50,495 bases of DNA from a virus (Duplodnaviria; Caudoviricetes). The stretch covers positions 1 to 50,495 of the IMG/VR virus record IMGVR_UViG_3300045284_000404. One strand, 5' to 3'. This document shows positions 46,487 to 50,495 of this stretch, one piece after another; position 1 is the first letter of the stretch; every line of letters starts with the position of its first letter. Position numbers and translations under genes: made by a program. Under the pieces are notes generated by a model. The model was given only the letters and a program-made list of their open reading frames with translations. It had not been told where the DNA came from and ran no database searches.

Positions 46487-46714
46487 TTAGTCTGTGGCGT
46501 CCTCTTCGTCTTCCTCGTCTTCCTCGAGGTCGTCTTTGCTAATGACGGCGAGGACTGGGACGATCATAGCCCATTCGTAGCTGTCCTCTGTAATGATTTC
46601 GTTTGCACGTTCCCTCATTTCCTCTTCGGTCCCCGGCCCTCCAATATATTGCGTGGTCGGATCGTTTGTAGACTCGGCCGCGAGGAGTATGTACTTCTGG
46701 CCTTCGATCGGCAT
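46487..46714 (-). CDS. Small acidic protein
   Basis: GGAGAGG RBS, C-terminal D/E run. Confidence 0.7.
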   Translation of the reverse strand: MPIEGQKYILLAAESTNDPTTQYIGGPGTEEEMRERANEIITEDSYEWAMIVPVLAVISKDDLEEDEEDEEDATD

Positions 46715-46778
46715 TGATGCCTCTCCGTTGTTTGGCAGACTCTTCAGTAGGGGAATGCCAATCCCCTAGAGGGAGGGG

Positions 46779-47054
46779 CTAACGCCCCTCCCTTTCGTCG
46801 GTCTCGGTGTTCTTGATCTCGGCCCAGGCTTTGTCCCAAGATCCCTGGCCTTGGTACAACTCGTACCACGCTTTAACCGGGAATCCTTTGACGCCGCCGA
46901 ACTCCGCGTAGAAGCAGAATTGCTGCACATCCTTCACCACAGCCATTACAGGAGAGATGGTCTCCCAACGCTCCGGTCCGAACCAGTTCTTGACGTCTTC
47001 TACTGCATCGAAGGCAGGAGTGAGTCGGTTCTTGTAGCTGACATCCGTGTGCAT
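46779..47054 (-). CDS. Hypothetical protein
   Basis: AAAGGA RBS, TAATG overlap. Confidence 0.7.
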   Translation of the reverse strand: MHTDVSYKNRLTPAFDAVEDVKNWFGPERWETISPVMAVVKDVQQFCFYAEFGGVKGFPVKAWYELYQGQGSWDKAWAEIKNTETDEREGR

Positions 47055-47314
47055 TAGGAATTCCTTTCCTCGTCTTTGTCATAGTCTGCGATTGCCTCTT
47101 GCAAGTCTTTGGTACTCTCGTTGAACTCGGCGATGATTTCGGCTAGCTCTGCTAGGGCTGCCTCCTTGGTTGGTCCCCAACCGTAGAGATTGGCACTCTC
47201 TACATCGTTGTCGTAGTAGGCGCACCAATCATTGCTGCGGTCTGGGATCGGAGGATACACGTGGGTCACTATGAGCTTCCCGAGGCCTGCTTTCCATTGA
47301 ATCCTGGCGATCAT
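47054..47314 (-). CDS. Hypothetical protein
   Basis: YPPIPDRSNDW.A..D......YGWGPT.EAA..L pattern. Confidence 0.7.
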   Translation of the reverse strand: MIARIQWKAGLGKLIVTHVYPPIPDRSNDWCAYYDNDVESANLYGWGPTKEAALAELAEIIAEFNESTKDLQEAIADYDKDEERNS

Positions 47315-47493
47315 TGGGATTTCTCCTCATCTTGAGCGATACTGTAGAGAGTGTTCATGTATTTTAGCACGTAGGCCTCTCGACTCCCTCTGTAGAAGCG
47401 ATGTAGAATGAGAGAGTCTGCTATACTATCCCATCCTGGTTTCTTTTCATTAAGAAGCTGATGTAGCCGCTTGGCTACCTCGAGATTGGTCAT
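47311..47493 (-). CDS. Hypothetical protein
   Basis: ATGA overlaps. Confidence 0.6.
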   Translation of the reverse strand: MTNLEVAKRLHQLLNEKKPGWDSIADSLILHRFYRGSREAYVLKYMNTLYSIAQDEEKSQ

Positions 47494-47729
47494 TTGACTA
47501 TCCTCAATTTGGGCACGGAGTAGAAGATCCGCGCGTTGATTACTGCGAACGGGGAGAACTCGTCCTCCCGTTCATGAATGTCCACTGTATCGATCTCGAA
47601 GAGATCATCGACTCCGGGGCCATTCGGGTCGAAGTGGCATGTGGATGGATCTGCTGGCCAACAGTTCAAGACCACCTGGGCGTCGCCCGGTAGAGACTTA
47701 AGCATTGCTAATAGCTGGAACTTGGTCAT
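47490..47729 (-). CDS. Hypothetical protein
   Basis: MTKFQLLAMLKSLPGDAQVV, a common phage N-terminal pattern. Confidence 0.65.
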   Translation of the reverse strand: MTKFQLLAMLKSLPGDAQVVLNCWPADPSTCHFDPNGPGVDDLFEIDTVDIHEREDEFSPFAVINARIFYSVPKLRIVK

Positions 47730-47866
47730 CGGAGTGAGACCCTCTTGAGGAATAGTGGCACGCACTGTGGGTGGAGGTAGTAGAGGTTGAATTTGTACAC
47801 GCCGATCTTGCGGTTGCAGTACTCGCATGGGCGTTTGTTGTAGGCAGGGATTACTGGTTGCTTCAT
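47726..47866 (-). CDS. Small zinc-finger-like protein
   Basis: CEYC...HPQC; ATGA overlaps. Confidence 0.55.
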   Translation of the reverse strand: MKQPVIPAYNKRPCEYCNRKIGVYKFNLYYLHPQCVPLFLKRVSLR

Positions 47867-48033
47867 TGAGTCCATCCATAGTAGTTCGGGCTGAGGTCTT
47901 TCTTTTCGATCTGGAGCACGATTGGCACTTGCCCGTGGATGCAGACGATTGCCCACATCTTCTCATCGTGCCAGAAGACTGCAATCGGCACGGACTCCCG
48001 TTCCTCTCCCTCGTGTATCCATGAGACGGTCAT
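47863..48033 (-). CDS. Hypothetical 56-aa protein (not in ORF track)
   Basis: MTVSWIHEGEERESVPIAVFW...; AAGGA RBS, ATGA overlaps on both sides. Confidence 0.6.
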   Translation of the reverse strand: MTVSWIHEGEERESVPIAVFWHDEKMWAIVCIHGQVPIVLQIEKKDLSPNYYGWTQ

Positions 48034-48263
48034 AGGTGAGTCCTTTCCTCGAGCACTGGCATCCGGGTAACTGTGCCAGTCTGGACTAAGGTGTCGTCGA
48101 GGCGAAGTTCACAGATCCGAGCAAAGCGATCAGTGTCCCATTCAATGATTGGCTTTACCGATGTGTTGGAGTAGGTGAGCTTCAGAGAAGCCTCAACTAG
48201 CTCCCAATCCTCGAAGAGGTAGTTTTCGTCTGCAATGTGGACTAGATAGAATGCCCTGGTCAT
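48030..48263 (-). CDS. Hypothetical protein
   Basis: ATGA overlaps. Confidence 0.65.
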   Translation of the reverse strand: MTRAFYLVHIADENYLFEDWELVEASLKLTYSNTSVKPIIEWDTDRFARICELRLDDTLVQTGTVTRMPVLEERTHL

Positions 48264-48661
48264 GCCCTTTTTCCTTTCTTGTCCAGCTCCGCGAGGATTT
48301 CTGCCATGTTTGGCTTGACGTTTAGGCCAAGCCTCGCGTACATTTTATCCACAGGAAGGAATTGCAATTCCTGCACTTCCTTCTTCCGTTTAGCTGCAAG
48401 TAATTCAGGTGATGTTGGGGGAATCCGAGTCACCGCGAATGCGCCACTGGCGAGTAGGGCCTTGACATCGATGCTGCTGGCGTAGAAGTTGGCTGCCTCG
48501 CCCTTGCCCTCGGCGATCCGCTTATGGTACTCTGCTCGGCCGATGCTGGCCATTTCCTCGTGGTCCATTGGCCTGGACCACCGGTCTGGTTTGCCCTCTG
48601 TCTTAATGAGGAATTGCCATTTGTTCGATGCTGGATCGAACCTGCTAGTGAAGTAGATCAT
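48260..48661 (-). CDS. Hypothetical early protein
   Basis: AAGGAG RBS, downstream of a promoter. Confidence 0.75.
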   Translation of the reverse strand: MIYFTSRFDPASNKWQFLIKTEGKPDRWSRPMDHEEMASIGRAEYHKRIAEGKGEAANFYASSIDVKALLASGAFAVTRIPPTSPELLAAKRKKEVQELQFLPVDKMYARLGLNVKPNMAEILAELDKKGKRA

Positions 48662-48734
48662 GATGCACTCCTTGTTGTTCCGCTATTCGGGTAGATGTGC
48701 TGGCCCCTTCGGCCCAGTCCGAATAACTAACGTT

Positions 48735-48763
48735 ATCGTAACATATTTTCGATGAAATGTCAA
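48735..48763 (-). promoter_or_regulatory. sigma70 promoter for the early operon
   Basis: TTGACA, 17 bp, TACGAT on the - strand. Confidence 0.8.
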
Positions 48764-48788
48764 TCCCCCACAGCCGAGTGTTTTGGGA

Positions 48789-49211
48789 TTATTTTTGTTC
48801 ACTGGTCCATTGTTTGATCATCTCTGCTAGTGCTGGGTCACTCTCTATTTCCGCATCCAAGGCTGTTGTATCTGCCTTTTGTTTCAGGCTTGGATCTTTG
48901 ACCTCGGCAAGGAATGCTTCAAGCTCTGGGTGGACTATGTAGTCCTGTGTCTTTGTGTATGTCCTCGCTTGGCCACCGCTCAGTGCTTGTCTGTGCGCGA
49001 CGATTGCATCTTGAGCACGCTTAAGTTTCTCGTAGAGTAGGATGATGACGTGCCTGGGCTGTGATCGTGCGCGTGCGTGTTCGATAGCTGCCTCGAGTTC
49101 CATTTCCTCCTTTGTGGCAAGGGTGAGACGACGCATGTGGTAATGGAGGAATTGACTCTTTCGAGCGTATTCTCTTCGGCGCGCCTTGGCTTCGGGGGAT
49201 ACTGCAGACAT
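48789..49211 (-). CDS. Hypothetical early protein
   Basis: AAGGAG RBS before MSAVSPE. Confidence 0.72.
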   Translation of the reverse strand: MSAVSPEAKARRREYARKSQFLHYHMRRLTLATKEEMELEAAIEHARARSQPRHVIILLYEKLKRAQDAIVAHRQALSGGQARTYTKTQDYIVHPELEAFLAEVKDPSLKQKADTTALDAEIESDPALAEMIKQWTSEQK

Positions 49212-49247
49212 GGTGAGTCTCCTTGGTGCTTGTGTGGTGATCATCTT

Positions 49248-49276
49248 ATAATAATCCTAATTCATGTACACCTCAA
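49248..49276 (-). promoter_or_regulatory. Leftward promoter of a divergent pair
   Basis: TTGAGG, 17 bp, TATTAT. Confidence 0.6.
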
Positions 49277-49337
49277 GTGCAGCTGGGTAGGGCTGACCGG
49301 GAAGTGGGCTCTAAGGCTGTGCCCGCCATAGTAGTAG

Positions 49338-49355
49338 AAAAAAAAAAAAAAAAAA
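49338..49355. repeat. 18-nt poly(A) tract
   Basis: Direct reading. Confidence 0.9.
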
Positions 49356-49415
49356 TAAACTCTCACTGATCGCCGCTAACACTCGTCGCCGCACGCCAGA
49401 GTCCGTGGGACTGTC

Positions 49416-49444
49416 TTTAGGTGTACATGAATAAGCTTTAGGAT
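49416..49444 (+). promoter_or_regulatory. Rightward promoter of a divergent pair
   Basis: TTTAGG, 17 bp, TAGGAT; shares AGGTGTACATGAAT with the leftward promoter. Confidence 0.5.
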
Positions 49445-49477
49445 GATAGAAGCACCCTGTGCGCACCTGCAGGCTAA

Positions 49478-49509
49478 GTGGGACCATTCACATTATGTTA
49501 CCGTGGGAC
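49478..49509 (+). promoter_or_regulatory. Dispersed motif copy 4
   Basis: GTGGGACCATTCACATTATGTTACCGTGGGAC. Confidence 0.65.
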
Positions 49510-49512
49510 ATT

Positions 49513-50495
49513 AGACTATCGTGGTTGCAGGCTTTCGCTAGAGCACCCTACCTTGCAGGCTTCCGGACCTGGGGCCGGAACACAACCTGTGGGTTGTGCT
49601 CGTGCCACGAGCGGCCTTGGAATGCAACCAGGAGTCCCCATGATTGTACGGTTTCATACCGAGGAAAATAAATATTGACATATTGCCCCATGTCTATAGA
49701 GTGATGTTGTGGCGATTGGCCATGAACAAGAAAGGGAAATGAAATGACTACAGTTGTTAAGTCTGATGGTTGGTCTTTTGATCACGCGACAGGCCACGTT
49801 GGCGATGTCACGTTTGAATTCAACGTTGACTCGGCCGTGTTGAACGGACAGGTTCTGTCCAACGAGGCAATCGAGTACATTGTGGAATATGGCATCAAGC
49901 AGAACCTAACGGACTGCTATGCCTCGGCGAAAGTCACGGCGGAAAAGAAAGACCTAGTCCTTATCGATGTGGCCCGTGATTTGTTCGCACGGCGGCTCCG
50001 TGGCATTCTTGATGGTACGCTTTCCATGCGAGACTCGTTGTCGCCAAAGAAGCGGATTGTGAATGAAATTGCAATGGTAGCATTCCGCAAACTCATCAAG
50101 ATGACGTGGAAGAAATTTGTGGAGTCGCTTGATAGCGAGGAAATTGCACAAGCCGTCTTTGACAAGTTCATCGCGGAAAACATCACCGAGTTCGAGCGTG
50201 CCGCAGATGAGCGGATTGAGATGAGCAAGTCCATCAAGACGAAGACTTCTTCGATCAGTGACTTGCTTCAATCCGTCAAGGCCGAGCAGCCCGTGGCAAC
50301 GACTGTCATCAAAGGAGGTAAGGGCAAAAAGGTTGCCTAACTAATAGTTAGGAGGCTAATCATTAGGTTAGCCTCCTAATCATTTCCCTGCCCTATGCTA
50401 CCCAGGGTTGCAGGCTTGGGTAGGGTGGGCGGGGACTTCGACTGACCGGGGCACCCCCCTCGTAGGGGGCCACGCAGCGGCGGCGCTTGCAAAAA
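49513..50495 (+). repeat. Imperfect ~1 kb direct repeat, copy B (includes structured element 49514..49636, promoter 49675..49702, hairpin 50348..50379)
   Basis: Alignment to 10..989. Confidence 0.95.
49744..50340 (+). CDS. Hypothetical early protein, allele B (198 aa)
   Basis: About 78% amino-acid identity to 241..828 by manual count. Confidence 0.9.
   Translation: MTTVVKSDGWSFDHATGHVGDVTFEFNVDSAVLNGQVLSNEAIEYIVEYGIKQNLTDCYASAKVTAEKKDLVLIDVARDLFARRLRGILDGTLSMRDSLSPKKRIVNEIAMVAFRKLIKMTWKKFVESLDSEEIAQAVFDKFIAENITEFERAADERIEMSKSIKTKTSSISDLLQSVKAEQPVATTVIKGGKGKKVA

Noticed and set aside
14050-49509. 32-bp repeats as a CRISPR array or CRP sites
   Set aside because: Copies are 7-16 kb apart with no spacers. 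The TCACA/TGTGA half-sites are in the opposite order and spacing to CRP (TGTGA-N6-TCACA).
1-50495. T7-like (Autographiviridae) or temperate/prophage assignment
   Set aside because: No single-subunit RNA polymerase, integrase or host flanking genes were recognised. The ParB domain is fused to a methyltransferase and there is no ParA.

Overview
The window looks like an essentially complete ~49.5 kb genome of a GC-rich, probably lytic, short-tailed (podovirus-type) dsDNA phage. No integrase and no phage RNA polymerase were recognised. The host is possibly an alphaproteobacterium, which is a weak inference. The + strand arm (1.2-31.8 kb) carries TerS, a cluster of small low-complexity proteins, an LPD23/zincin protein and a GH25 endolysin. 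It continues with TerL, portal, scaffold, SU10/DUF5309-type capsid, tail tube proteins, ejection proteins, a spanin/holin-like block and several modular fibres. The - strand arm (31.8-49.2 kb) carries a DUF3987 helicase, a family-A polymerase split inside its proofreading domain with a UDG fused to the first half, DUF1937, DUF6378 and a ParB-methyltransferase. It also has an SSB/Sak4/Cas4-like recombination module, an Acb2/Tad1-like protein, HTH regulators, a UvrD helicase and many small early genes. The most unusual region is the ~1 kb unit present at both ends. Its flanks are nearly identical and include a multi-stem (four-way junction) non-coding element, a sigma70 promoter and a covarying hairpin, yet they surround two clearly diverged alleles of one unknown gene. 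A third, distant paralog lies at 41.8-42.4 kb. A 32-bp intergenic motif occurs four times. All calls come from motif recognition by eye; no searches were run.
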